Below, piece by piece: positions 1 to 9,072 of a stretch of 37,714 nucleotides of DNA. The notes under the pieces are model-generated. The model saw only the letters and a program-made list of their open reading frames with translations, had not been told where the DNA came from and ran no database searches. The number at the start of each line of letters is the position of its first letter. Position 1 is the first letter of the stretch. The translations under genes and the position numbers were made by a program. Source of the DNA: a virus (Duplodnaviria > Heunggongvirae > Uroviricota > Caudoviricetes); the IMG/VR virus record IMGVR_UViG_2526164601_000037; one strand, 5' to 3'.

Positions 1-54
1 GGTATCCGTTCTGCTGAAGTGTCATGGCGTTGATTTTACGGTGACTCTTCGACA

Positions 55-83
55 GTGAAAAGAAAAAAGGCCGCAGAGCGGCC
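55..83 (-). terminator. Putative intrinsic terminator for the minus-strand operon ending at 193
   Basis: Inverted repeat GGCCGC-AGA-GCGGCC (69..83) followed on the minus strand by a T-rich run (complement of the A-run at 55..68). Confidence 0.4.
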
Positions 84-192
84 ATAATCACATTCAAAAA
101 TCAACAAGTTAAATAATTATCAATAACTTACAGACACACAAAAACACAGTCAACCACAACAAGTAACAGTGATGTGGTCACTTTGTGGATCA

Positions 193-735
193 TCAGCCAA
201 CAAATTTTGCAATGAAATACGTAGCCGCCGCTGTAAAAAGCGAAGTAAAGATGGCTATACACACAGGTATAATGATGCCACTCAACCGCCACTTCGTATT
301 ATCATCAACTTTGTCAAACCGCCGATTCATCTCATCCATAATCTTGTCAAAGCGTTTATCCATCGCTTCGGCAATCTCACCCTTCAGGCTGTTAATGTCT
401 GATTTGATCTGCTCTTTCAGGTGAGCTGTATCAGATTTAAGCTCACCTTTCAGATTCGCAATATCGCATTTAAGATCACCTTTCAGATTCGCAATGTCTG
501 CTTTGAGCTCACCTTTAACCTCACCAACATCGGCTTTGGTTGAGAGGTTTGTAGTGCGTTCAGCAAGCGTCGCAAGGTCGTTTCTTGTTAGCGATAAATC
601 ACCTTCGAGCCGCTCAATTCGCCTTTCAAGTTTATCTGACATTCCGCCTCCACTATCACCGCCTCCCCCACCGAAAGAGTTGCCAATGTCCTCACGAATA
701 AGGGTTATGCCATGCTCACTTTTAGCATATGCCAC
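193..735 (-). CDS. Coiled-coil protein with tandem 11-residue repeats and a C-terminal transmembrane anchor; function unknown
   Basis: ORF track; repeats DIANLKGDLKC / DIANLKGELKS / DTAHLKEQIKS / DINSLKGEIAE; Gly-rich N-terminus; hydrophobic C-terminal segment IIIPVCIAIFTSLFTAAATYFIAKF. True start may be the internal Met before SDKLERRIERLEG. Confidence 0.6.
   Translation of the reverse strand: MAYAKSEHGITLIREDIGNSFGGGGGDSGGGMSDKLERRIERLEGDLSLTRNDLATLAERTTNLSTKADVGEVKGELKADIANLKGDLKCDIANLKGELKSDTAHLKEQIKSDINSLKGEIAEAMDKRFDKIMDEMNRRFDKVDDNTKWRLSGIIIPVCIAIFTSLFTAAATYFIAKFVG
444..509. repeat. Tandem 33-bp coding repeats inside the coiled-coil gene
   Basis: Exact 19-bp direct repeat cacctttcagattcgcaat at 444..462 and 477..495, with degenerate neighbouring copies; period 33 bp keeps the reading frame. 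Confidence 0.6.
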
Positions 736-1149
736 TCAGATTCCCTCCCAAACTATATATCCTTTGTCTCTTGCCCAACAAACAACTGTGTGGGCTGTAT
801 ATGTGGATGTGAAGCCGCAATAAGAACATGACACTTCATACCGAGTATTGTAGATGTTAATGGGCTCGTTCTCCTTGTGTATGGGAGTGACATATTCCCA
901 ATCATTTGAATCATCATAATCATCAAGTTCAGGGTCTGTGCCGTGAACAACCGTATGTGGAATAAACAAATCTGGGCGCCCACACGAGAGACAAGAGGTT
1001 CTGGCTCCTCTATCTTTAAGGAATTGAATAAATAATTTGGGCGAAATCTGTTGCAGAACCTGCAAATGCCCACGTTCATTATCATTAAGAGACCTGTCTG
1101 CATATGGAAAATCATCAAATTTAAGAGGCTTCATATAAGGCATCTCCAA
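736..1149 (-). CDS. Hypothetical Cys-containing protein (CxxC pairs CLSC and CSYC); tightly coupled to the downstream coiled-coil gene
   Basis: ORF track; stop abuts the start of the 193..735 gene; the 5' end overlaps the 3' end of int, so the true start may be a downstream Met. Confidence 0.5.
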   Translation of the reverse strand: MEMPYMKPLKFDDFPYADRSLNDNERGHLQVLQQISPKLFIQFLKDRGARTSCLSCGRPDLFIPHTVVHGTDPELDDYDDSNDWEYVTPIHKENEPINIYNTRYEVSCSYCGFTSTYTAHTVVCWARDKGYIVWEGI

Positions 1150-2113
1150 GGGGATTAAATCTCACCGCATCCTGCAGGTAATCCGGCGCAAGATGGGCAT
1201 AAATCATCGTTGTCTGAATCTTTGCGTGCCCCAGAATTTTCTGGAGCGTCAGAATATTGCCGCCGTTCATCATGAAATGACTGGCGAAGGTGTGGCGCAG
1301 CGCATGAACAGCCTGGCCGTCAGGAACATCAGGTGCGACCGTTTTGATGACATCGCGAACCAATGGATAATCCAGCGTCGGAAACACCAGTTTCCCGCCC
1401 CGTTTTTTGATCTTTTCAAACAGGCTTTCAGAAATAGGAACGGTACGGTTTTTGCTGTTCTTCGTTTTTGAAAAAGTGATTCGACAATGAAGAACACGGC
1501 GCTGCTCCAGTGCCGCTACCTCGCCCCATCGCGCCCCGGTCGACAGAAGGATTTCGACAGCCAGCCGTTCATCGGGATTTTCAGCCAGTGCATCCAGCAA
1601 CTGAACACATTCAGACTTACTCAGATATCCCATTTCGCGCTCGTTAACCTTCATTCCTTTAAGGCCTTGAACGGGGTTATCGTTAAGAAAATGGCCGGAT
1701 GAGATGAGTGCGGTAAACATCGCGCTTAACGCCCCAATCTCTCGATTTATGGTGCTGGGCTGTATCCCCTGCTCTATCCTGGACACACGTAGCTCGGTGA
1801 GCATCGTTGTATTAAGTTTATGCACGCACGGGTCATCCATTGCCTCACTCAAGCGCAGCAATTTAAGGCGCGTGTTATGCCCTGACTTCATTAGCTGGCC
1901 GTGGTATTTCCACCACAAGTCAATAAGCACTGACAGCGGACGGCGATCAATGGAGTTTCCTTTCCACTCATTGTTATGCTGTTGCGCCAGCACCCACCGC
2001 TCATATAAAACTGCATCCGATTTCGTTTTAAATTTTTTGCGAATGCGTTTGCCTTTACGCCCCTCCGGGCGCATGTCAAGAAGATACCCTCCCGGAATTG
2101 ATTTTATGCTCAT
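1121..2113 (-). CDS. int: Tyrosine integrase, P2 Int-like
   Basis: N-terminus MSIKSIPGGYLLDMRPEGRKGKRIRKKF resembles the P2 Int N-terminus as recalled; catalytic-region motifs HALRHTFAS and MIYAHL. Start trimmed from the ORF-track 2263 to the ATG at 2113. Confidence 0.9.
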   Translation of the reverse strand: MSIKSIPGGYLLDMRPEGRKGKRIRKKFKTKSDAVLYERWVLAQQHNNEWKGNSIDRRPLSVLIDLWWKYHGQLMKSGHNTRLKLLRLSEAMDDPCVHKLNTTMLTELRVSRIEQGIQPSTINREIGALSAMFTALISSGHFLNDNPVQGLKGMKVNEREMGYLSKSECVQLLDALAENPDERLAVEILLSTGARWGEVAALEQRRVLHCRITFSKTKNSKNRTVPISESLFEKIKKRGGKLVFPTLDYPLVRDVIKTVAPDVPDGQAVHALRHTFASHFMMNGGNILTLQKILGHAKIQTTMIYAHLAPDYLQDAVRFNPLGDALYEAS

Positions 2114-2162
2114 TCGTGAAACCCCAGCGTTACAAGACCACCATGCCCCCAGCGCTCCATGA

Positions 2163-2474
2163 TTAGCCGGGCTGTGTGCCAGTCTTGCGGGGTTTTTGAG
2201 AAGGCGATGTGCTTTTTGGCCCATCAGGGGAGAGAGACGGACTGATCTGCCCAGCAGCCTCATTTGTTTCGTTACTCATCAACCACGTGGTGTATTTTTT
2301 AAAGTTCGGATGCATTGTGATTTTCAGTAAAACCTCCGTCCCCACACCTCTAATACCAGTCTCATATTGCTTAACTGTACCAACCGCAATACCTATTGAA
2401 TCCGCGAACTTTGCCTGGCTAAGTCCCTCAGATTCTCGAATTGCTTTTAGCTTCTTTGATATCTCTATTGACAT
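2163..2474 (-). CDS. C: Immunity repressor, P2 C-like
   Basis: Helix-turn-helix segment LSQAKFADSIGIAVGTVKQYETG and C-terminal FKKYTTWLMSNE...GQISPSL resembling P2 C as recalled; start trimmed to the internal ATG at 2474; divergent from the early operon. Confidence 0.8.
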   Translation of the reverse strand: MSIEISKKLKAIRESEGLSQAKFADSIGIAVGTVKQYETGIRGVGTEVLLKITMHPNFKKYTTWLMSNETNEAAGQISPSLSPDGPKSTSPSQKPRKTGTQPG

Positions 2475-2569
2475 GGTGTGCACCTGAATACTATATTGGT
2501 TATCAGTTGAGTACCACTTGACGCCACAAAAAGCCACAAATAGCACCAGATTGAATAGGTTATCACATC
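2475..2569. promoter_or_regulatory. Divergent repressor/early promoter-operator region
   Basis: Intergenic between divergent C and the first early gene; direct repeats GCCACAAA at 2523..2530 and 2533..2540 (10-bp phasing); GGTTATCA at 2498..2505 and 2558..2565; TTGACG at 2517..2522. Confidence 0.45.
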
Positions 2570-2848
2570 ATGGCAAAAGTCCTGAACACATACGAACAAG
2601 CGGATTTTGAGCGTTTGGCGGCGTTCTACCCATACCGTGATGAGCATGGGTTACCTGTGCTTGAAGAAAGCCTGGAAGATTACGCGAAACGCACGAATCA
2701 AAGCATTCTTGCGGTAAGAAGGCAGGCCGACAGATCAGTAATCCCCGTCACCCAAGAAGGAAGAAACACAAAACGCAAAGTAAACCTTTTCGCAATATTC
2801 CTGAAAACCATCAGGAGCGCAGAGAAATACGTGCAGATGACAAAATAA
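2570..2848 (+). CDS. First early-operon gene in the Cox/Apl position (excisionase/regulator by position only)
   Basis: ORF track; 92 aa; position immediately after the divergent repressor; no recognisable similarity to P2 Cox as recalled. Confidence 0.5.
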   Translation: MAKVLNTYEQADFERLAAFYPYRDEHGLPVLEESLEDYAKRTNQSILAVRRQADRSVIPVTQEGRNTKRKVNLFAIFLKTIRSAEKYVQMTK

Positions 2849-2862
2849 CGAGGTGTAATTTT

Positions 2863-3201
2863 ATGCTGAAGCAACGCCATAATTTTCGTACCGGAACGGA
2901 ACGCCACGCTAACCGTTTCGCTACCAGTGCATCACGTAGTAACTCCCGCTACAGCCTGAGCGAAACACACGCTACACCTGATGGCCATCCCGTAAAACAA
3001 ATTGGTGAACACACCTGGCTGATTGAGAAAGCTGGAATCGTGGTTCACAGATGCCAACGCAACCCATTTACCGGAAACCGCATTTTTGCTCTGAGCAACG
3101 GCGACACTCAGTTTGGACAGGATTTCACATTGTACGAAGCACTTCGCACGGTTGATCGTCTGCTTCGCGGGCAAAGTTTTATTAAACAGACTGATTTATA
3201 A
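2863..3201 (+). CDS. Hypothetical early-region protein
   Basis: ORF track, 112 aa, same strand and tight spacing within the early operon. Confidence 0.55.
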   Translation: MLKQRHNFRTGTERHANRFATSASRSNSRYSLSETHATPDGHPVKQIGEHTWLIEKAGIVVHRCQRNPFTGNRIFALSNGDTQFGQDFTLYEALRTVDRLLRGQSFIKQTDL

Positions 3202-3211
3202 CAGGTGCGTT

Positions 3212-3490
3212 ATGACCAAAGAGCATGCACAAGGTGTATTTATCCGTTTTATTGATTTTCGCGGTGAACTGTTATTGCGCGCATCAGCTATTGATGGAGT
3301 TGTCCCATCAGAAAAAAATGCAGCTACTTACGTTTATCTGAACGGCACGCGCCTGACCGTAGAACTTCCGTACCAGACTGTACACGGAATCATGAGCGAA
3401 GCTGAAAAGGCACGTCAGGTTAATGGCAATGAACCCTATATCGAAATTATTTGCATGGATTCAGAAGCTGAAATCCAGAAAGCAGATTAA
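3212..3490 (+). CDS. Hypothetical early-region protein
   Basis: ORF 3113..3490 trimmed to the ATG at 3212, preceded by AGGTG. Confidence 0.55.
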   Translation: MTKEHAQGVFIRFIDFRGELLLRASAIDGVVPSEKNAATYVYLNGTRLTVELPYQTVHGIMSEAEKARQVNGNEPYIEIICMDSEAEIQKAD

Positions 3491-3501
3491 AGGGTGTTGC
3501 A

Positions 3502-3744
3502 ATGGACAAAGAATATAAAACACTCATCAACAAAGCACTTGAGCGTTTTTATTTTCGCTTAAGCGCATCAGGCGTTCATGCTGAACGTGCAGCCCGTGAC
3601 TCATTGACCAGGGCAATCCGGAGTCTGTATGACGTGGCTTTTTACGCTGATGATCTGGATGCACTTAACGAACTTTCCGAGCTGATCTGTGCCGCAGAAT
3701 GCGGAGAACATATTGAACCGTATAAGCTGGGGAATATCGCATGA
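3502..3744 (+). CDS. Hypothetical early-region protein
   Basis: ORF track, 80 aa. Confidence 0.55.
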   Translation: MDKEYKTLINKALERFYFRLSASGVHAERAARDSLTRAIRSLYDVAFYADDLDALNELSELICAAECGEHIEPYKLGNIA

Positions 3745-3854
3745 GTATATTTATCTCATGGCTTGTTCTGATTATTTCGGTGGCCTGCGCCATTGGGATT
3801 ATGCGAATTATTAATTCAGTGAAAAAGATCGAGCGTTTTTTCTCTGATGAATAA
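3741..3854 (+). CDS. Possible small hydrophobic peptide (37 aa)
   Basis: ATGA overlap with the preceding stop; translation MSIFISWLVLIISVACAIGIMRIINSVKKIERFFSDE has one predicted membrane helix; below the ORF-track size cut-off. Confidence 0.35.
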   Translation: MSIFISWLVLIISVACAIGIMRIINSVKKIERFFSDE

Positions 3855-3947
3855 CGATACAAATAAAACATCAAATTAAATAAGAAAACGTGAAAACCAT
3901 CCGTATTAACGGAGGTATTCGCACACGCAAATAACGGAGATACAAAA

Positions 3948-4358
3948 ATGCACGCAAAAGAAGAAGGTATCATCAGAGCACTGAAAGAAATTTCAAAGAT
4001 GGAAAGCGAAGTAGCGAAAAAAGCCGTGGCCAATGCTCACATGGACGTCGCAACCCACACAATGATAGTCGCAAAAGTCACGGCAGAAGCTGCCAAAATC
4101 ATCGAAGAACAGGGTGTGGAACTTGCGCTTCTCAAAACTAAACCAGTCACCGGACTGGATTTATCTGACACCGGACGCCTTATTTACACTATTGGCTCGG
4201 AGTCACAGCGATACACCATTATCGCCGGATTACAGAACAAATACCTGATCACTCCTCATCCCATAAGGGAATCAGCGCTTCTGACAAATCTCCGCCTGAT
4301 AGAGCGCTCTCAAGTTGCATTCATTGATGACGCCCGACACACCGTATTTAACGCATAG
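3948..4358 (+). CDS. Hypothetical early-region protein
   Basis: ORF track, 136 aa, preceded by GGAG. Confidence 0.55.
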   Translation: MHAKEEGIIRALKEISKMESEVAKKAVANAHMDVATHTMIVAKVTAEAAKIIEEQGVELALLKTKPVTGLDLSDTGRLIYTIGSESQRYTIIAGLQNKYLITPHPIRESALLTNLRLIERSQVAFIDDARHTVFNA

Positions 4359-4381
4359 GGTTACTGGACAAAGGGGGGGCA

Positions 4382-4585
4382 ATGGCAATTAAGCATTTTC
4401 CCGTCGTTCGCTTTACCTCCAGAGGGCGCGAATACGAGGTCGACGAACGCCTGATTACCACTATCGACAAACATCGTTCGGAAAAGGATGCACACCACAT
4501 CTACCTCACTGACGGTACTTACTTCTGCGCCACCAACGTGGCGCGGGTGAATCTTATCCGACAGGTACAGGAGCCACGCAGATGA
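4382..4585 (+). CDS. Hypothetical early-region protein
   Basis: ORF track, 67 aa, preceded by a G-rich stretch. Confidence 0.5.
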   Translation: MAIKHFPVVRFTSRGREYEVDERLITTIDKHRSEKDAHHIYLTDGTYFCATNVARVNLIRQVQEPRR

Positions 4586-4848
4586 CCATTCTGGACTACA
4601 TCGCTACTCATCCGGGTTGTAGCGGCGGAGAGATCGCCGCAGCACTGAATACTCCAACCACAGCCATTAATGCTGAGTTACGCCAACTTTGGCGCGGCGG
4701 CTTAGTCATCAGAACAAACCGCAGCACAGGTGGTCGCGCTCGCAAAACTGGAGGCCAGGCTTCTTACCACGTAAACCCGATGCCGTTCGGGTGTAGCAAT
4801 CCACTTACTCACATGTTTAACCAGCTACTGAAGGAAGCCAGAACATGA
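4582..4848 (+). CDS. Hypothetical protein, possibly winged-helix DNA-binding
   Basis: ORF track, 88 aa; ATGA-type overlap with the upstream gene; helix-turn-helix-like segment GGEIAAALNTPTTAINAELRQL. Confidence 0.5.
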   Translation: MTILDYIATHPGCSGGEIAAALNTPTTAINAELRQLWRGGLVIRTNRSTGGRARKTGGQASYHVNPMPFGCSNPLTHMFNQLLKEART

Positions 4849-5144
4849 GCACCATCAACCACCAGAAGCTACGCGAACTGGCATTTTCCCTGCAACGAAT
4901 GGCAACGCCTCAAAAATTACTGGCGTTTCGCGCAATGCTCTCGCCGTCTGCTGTGCTGGCACTGCTGGATGAGCAGGAGCACGCCAGAACCACGGCTCCT
5001 GCCATTCGCCTGACGCTCCATCATGAAATCGCTGATTTCTGCGCAACGCTGGGGGCACCTGGCGAACCGGAAACGCCGGAAGCAATGCAGCAAGAGCTGC
5101 TGCAACGCATTGACAAGGTTTTTGATTTTTTTCTGAACCAGTAA
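4845..5144 (+). CDS. Hypothetical early-region protein
   Basis: ORF track, 99 aa, overlapping stop/start with the upstream gene. Confidence 0.5.
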   Translation: MSTINHQKLRELAFSLQRMATPQKLLAFRAMLSPSAVLALLDEQEHARTTAPAIRLTLHHEIADFCATLGAPGEPETPEAMQQELLQRIDKVFDFFLNQ

Positions 5145-5266
5145 GAAACCAGAACATGCACACACAAAAAAACCGCTTGCCATGCCGCAATCGGTCAGGT
5201 TACATTTCCGCTGCACCTCATAAAACGGGTGCCGGGATTCTCAACCCGATACAGAGCAAAGCGCAT

Positions 5267-5287
5267 AACCGCGCCAGCGGTTTTTTT
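5267..5287 (+). terminator. Weak candidate intrinsic terminator
   Basis: Short hairpin CCGC-GCCA-GCGG (5269..5280) followed by TTTTTTT (5281..5287). Confidence 0.35.
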
Positions 5288-5466
5288 GTGCGTACTGTAT
5301 TGCCACGTCTTTTTCGCGTCAGAATTATGGCGGGGCGTACGGGGCCGACTTCGGTCGGGCCGGATTCTTTGCTCTCCGGTGTTGAGAACCCTGTACGTCT
5401 CGCCACCCCGAGATTCTCAACTCTGGATGGTGAGCTATTTCTATCACCGAGCAAAGAGGCCACACC

Positions 5467-5697
5467 ATGGCAAACCGCAAACAACAGCGCGCATACGCTG
5501 CGCGTCGTCACATCCAGACTGAAATCAACCGCAGACTTTCCCGCGCATCACGCGTCGCGCAAATCATGCACATCAATATGCTGCATGAGCGCAGCCACGC
5601 ACTATCAAACATTTATTCCGCCTCTGTTTTCAGCTATCTGGCGGATGATCTGCACGAGCTTCAACAGCTCATCCAGCAGCAAAACAAACTCCATTAA
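5467..5697 (+). CDS. Hypothetical small basic protein
   Basis: ORF track, 76 aa; preceded by a structured intergenic region. Confidence 0.45.
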   Translation: MANRKQQRAYAARRHIQTEINRRLSRASRVAQIMHINMLHERSHALSNIYSASVFSYLADDLHELQQLIQQQNKLH

Positions 5698-5769
5698 TTC
5701 CTGTTCCGGGCCTTTCCTGCACCTTGCGGCGGGAGGCCTTCGCACATCTGTAGTAAAGAGAATTGCAGC

Positions 5770-6159
5770 ATGATTGACGCTCATGACTTCACAAGATGGG
5801 TGCGCACACAGGACACCAGTCTGGCTCCCGTTCTTCAGGGATTATTTGATCTCTACATCCGTGGTCGTGACAACAGAGCACGCACCACAAAACCAGAGAA
5901 TGCAGACACCCTTTATTTCACAGTAGACGACTGCTACCGCGTGGACTTCACACCACACGGGCTGGCGTTGCACTGCCTGACACCACACGGCGAATCACTA
6001 CTGGCGTATTACGACTCCCCGGCCTCCGTATTTGCGGCAATGCTGGCGCATCGCACTGCTGGCGGGTGTGCCTCGCTGAGTGAATACACCGCTGAATTTA
6101 ACCGCCTTTCCACCCTCTTCTCGCAGGAGTGGCAGCGCGTGACGGGATACCAGCCATGA
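5770..6159 (+). CDS. Hypothetical protein immediately upstream of, and translationally coupled to, gene A
   Basis: ORF track, 129 aa; its stop overlaps the A start (ATGA at 6156..6159). Confidence 0.55.
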   Translation: MIDAHDFTRWVRTQDTSLAPVLQGLFDLYIRGRDNRARTTKPENADTLYFTVDDCYRVDFTPHGLALHCLTPHGESLLAYYDSPASVFAAMLAHRTAGGCASLSEYTAEFNRLSTLFSQEWQRVTGYQP

Positions 6160-8996
6160 GTGAGTTTGCATGGAGCTGGAATGAACCACGGCCAGCCATT
6201 GATCCAGCCAGATTTACGGAGCACAGGCAGGAAACTGAAACCGACCTGCAACGCGCCATCCGTTACTACCTTGAGGCGGACAAAAGGGCACAGAAAGAAC
6301 AGGAAGCGAAGGAAGAAGCCTTTTTCGCACAATCCGCCATGGGTAAAAAACTCATGGCATCCCTTGAGGAAGCCGGACAGCGTGAAAAGCTGGCACAGAG
6401 CATCATCAGTAAGCGCCGGGCAACAGAACAAGACCCGGTAGCCCGTGCCTTTGCCACACTGAAGGCGCTTCCCGTTTATCTGCGAGAACCTCTGAGCCGC
6501 CACCTCTCTTTCCTGCGCAAGAAGCAGGAAGCCGATCGTCAGAAAGGCAAAAAGAGCTGGCAGGCGGAACGCTATGCACGCGGAACCCTGCGCAAAATAT
6601 TCGAACGTCTGGACCGCACCGACAGCCGCTGGCTGACACCGGGTTATCGCTCCCTTGCCGGACGCGAACGCCTGGACGATTTACTTTACCTGCCGCAGCT
6701 CAACAAACACCAGATACAGACGCTGGCCACCATGACGGCGGCGATGTTCAGCAGCACCTTCGAAAAACTCTGCGATGGCTTTGGCGCGACTGATGGCGAA
6801 CTGACCATGGATGTAACGCTGAAGGCGTATCAGATGCTGGCCCGCATGGCGTTACACCTGCACGCCATGCCTCCGCATTATGACGCACTGACAACAGACA
6901 AAGACCGGAGGAACGAACCGGACACGGAGCTGCTGCCGGGCGCAATCCTTCGCCTGACCTGTGCGGAATGGTGGAAACGAAAACTGTGGCTGTTACGTTG
7001 CGAGTGGAGAGAAGAACAACTCCGCGCCGCCTGTCTGGTTTCCAGAAAAACATCGCCCTATCTGAGCCAGGACGCGTTAAGCGAGTTTCGCGCACAGCGC
7101 GAGAAAACACGCGATTTCCTGAAAAGTTTCATGCTGGAAAATGAAGACGGGTTCACGATTGATCTCGAGACGGTGTATTACGCGGGAGTAAGTAACCCGG
7201 TTCACCGTAAGGCAGAAATGATGGCCACCATGAAGGGGCTGGAACTTCTGGCCGAAGCCCGTGGCGACAAAGCGGTGTTTCTGACTGTCACCTGCCCGTC
7301 AAAATACCACGCCACAACAGAGAACGGTCATCCGAATCCCAAATGGAACGGGGCCACCATGCGCGACTCCAGTGATTACCTGGTTAACACGTTTTTTGCG
7401 GCGGTCCGCAAGAAACTGAACCGCGACGGCCTGCGCTGGTATGGCATCCGCACGGTGGAGCCTCACCATGACGGCACCGTGCACTGGCATATGATGGTCT
7501 TTGCACATCCGGAAGAAATCGACACCATTGTGTCCCACACCCGCGATATTGCCATTCAGGAAGATCGTCACGAGCTGGGTGATGATATTACCCCACGCTT
7601 TAAGGCGGAGTACGTCGACGGCTCAAAAGGCACACCGACCAGCTACATCGCCACCTACATCGGGAAAAACCTGGACAGCCGTGCCGTGGATGGCATCGAC
7701 CCGAAAACGGGCAAGCCACGCGTTGACCACGAAACAGGTAAATCAATGGCCGAGAGTGTGGAGCGCGCCATCGGCTGGGCGCGCCTTCACCGGGTCCGCC
7801 AGTTCCAGTTCTTTGGCATCCCCTCCCGTCAGGTGTGGCGTGAACTCCGCCGCCTTGCCAGCCAGATGGCACGCAACCCGGAAGGCCCGCAACGGCTGAA
7901 GGATGACGCAATGGATGCGGTACTCGCTGCCGCTGATGCCGGATGTTTTGCCACCTACATTGAAAAACAGGGTGGCGTACTTGTTCCGCGCAAGGACTAC
8001 CTGATTCGCACCGCCTACGACCTCGCAGATGAGCTGAACGATTACGGCGAACAGAGTGTACAGATTTACGGGATCTGGTCGCCATTCATCGGGGAATCCT
8101 CCCGTGTGTGCACGCATCCGGATAACTGGAAGCTGGTAAGACGTAAACCGGAAGTGGAAGACAGCGCCCGCGAAAATGGTTTTGACCTTCAGGGCGGCCC
8201 TGCCGCCCCTTGGACTCGTGGCAATAACTGTCCCCGTGTACAGGAAACGGACAACAACGGGACAGAACAGCCGGAAGAACGGCCAGCACCGTGGCCGCAG
8301 CTCCCTGACGGCGTTGAAGTGAACGAATGGATGCGCTCACTGAAACGACACGAACGCCGGGCGCTGATGCGTTCGCTTCGTGACAAACAGGCAAAAAACA
8401 GCAGCGATGAAATGCAGAGCTGGACACAGAGCCGCAAACAGCAGCGGCCTTTGCCTGATAACCACGAATTACTCGCTAAAGAATGGCGGGAGTCTGCTGA
8501 ATCTCTCGGCCTGCATATCGGTGAACAACAGATGCAGCACCTGTTACGGGGCGGCAGTCTGTACGTTGACGGCAGCATCATTGCACCGCAGGGATTTGAA
8601 ATTGTACGCAAACCGGATACCCGCCCGGACAGCCGAATCACGCAGCTCTGGCAGCGCCTGAGCCGTAATCACGGTGTAAGCAGCACGGAGATCCGCCATA
8701 ACCCGATCGCCAGCTATCTGGAACAGCTGGGGGCATCAGACCCTGAAGCCGCCACACGCCTGGCATCCACACTTCAGCAGGACCAGAACACCATGAAAAC
8801 ACCCGTTACCGTGCTTTCTGACATGCTGCGCGCCATCCGCGACGCAGAGCACGCACAGAGAATCAGTGAAACCACTGAACGTGCCCGCCGCAAAGCAGAC
8901 CTGCTGCGGGGTGGCCTGACCAGTGGAAACAAAAAACAGACAGAAACGGGACTCACGAATCCCGTAAATGAGCAAAAAACGCGCAGCGATATATGA
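6156..8996 (+). CDS. A: Rolling-circle replication initiator (endonuclease), P2 gpA family
   Basis: HUH-type motif HWHMMVF and tyrosine motif YIATYIGKN; position at the end of the early operon. Alternative GTG start at 6129. Confidence 0.9.
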   Translation: MSEFAWSWNEPRPAIDPARFTEHRQETETDLQRAIRYYLEADKRAQKEQEAKEEAFFAQSAMGKKLMASLEEAGQREKLAQSIISKRRATEQDPVARAFATLKALPVYLREPLSRHLSFLRKKQEADRQKGKKSWQAERYARGTLRKIFERLDRTDSRWLTPGYRSLAGRERLDDLLYLPQLNKHQIQTLATMTAAMFSSTFEKLCDGFGATDGELTMDVTLKAYQMLARMALHLHAMPPHYDALTTDKDRRNEPDTELLPGAILRLTCAEWWKRKLWLLRCEWREEQLRAACLVSRKTSPYLSQDALSEFRAQREKTRDFLKSFMLENEDGFTIDLETVYYAGVSNPVHRKAEMMATMKGLELLAEARGDKAVFLTVTCPSKYHATTENGHPNPKWNGATMRDSSDYLVNTFFAAVRKKLNRDGLRWYGIRTVEPHHDGTVHWHMMVFAHPEEIDTIVSHTRDIAIQEDRHELGDDITPRFKAEYVDGSKGTPTSYIATYIGKNLDSRAVDGIDPKTGKPRVDHETGKSMAESVERAIGWARLHRVRQFQFFGIPSRQVWRELRRLASQMARNPEGPQRLKDDAMDAVLAAADAGCFATYIEKQGGVLVPRKDYLIRTAYDLADELNDYGEQSVQIYGIWSPFIGESSRVCTHPDNWKLVRRKPEVEDSARENGFDLQGGPAAPWTRGNNCPRVQETDNNGTEQPEERPAPWPQLPDGVEVNEWMRSLKRHERRALMRSLRDKQAKNSSDEMQSWTQSRKQQRPLPDNHELLAKEWRESAESLGLHIGEQQMQHLLRGGSLYVDGSIIAPQGFEIVRKPDTRPDSRITQLWQRLSRNHGVSSTEIRHNPIASYLEQLGASDPEAATRLASTLQQDQNTMKTPVTVLSDMLRAIRDAEHAQRISETTERARRKADLLRGGLTSGNKKQTETGLTNPVNEQKTRSDI

Positions 8997-9041
8997 AGCG
9001 CGCACAAAACAGGCAAAAACGGGATTTCAGAATCCCGTAAA
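8944..9041. repeat. Two 25-bp dyad-symmetric repeats upstream of parM; candidate ParR-binding centromere or operator
   Basis: aaacgggactcacgaatcccgtaaa (8944..8968) and aaacgggatttcagaatcccgtaaa (9017..9041), each with an ACGGGA...TCCCGT inverted repeat; the first lies within the 3' end of A. Confidence 0.4.
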
Positions 9042-9072
9042 CGATTAATTAATCAACATAAGGAAAAGCGAC

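Noticed and set aside
5156-5773. 205-aa plus-strand ORF spanning the structured intergenic region
   Set aside because: Crosses the terminator-like hairpin and repeat cluster, overlaps two better-supported ORFs (5467..5697 and 5770..6159), and has no convincing RBS.
6009-6503. 164-aa minus-strand ORF antisense to the start of gene A
   Set aside because: Lies entirely within or overlapping well-supported plus-strand genes; Cys/Arg-rich composition typical of antisense frames in GC-rich coding DNA.
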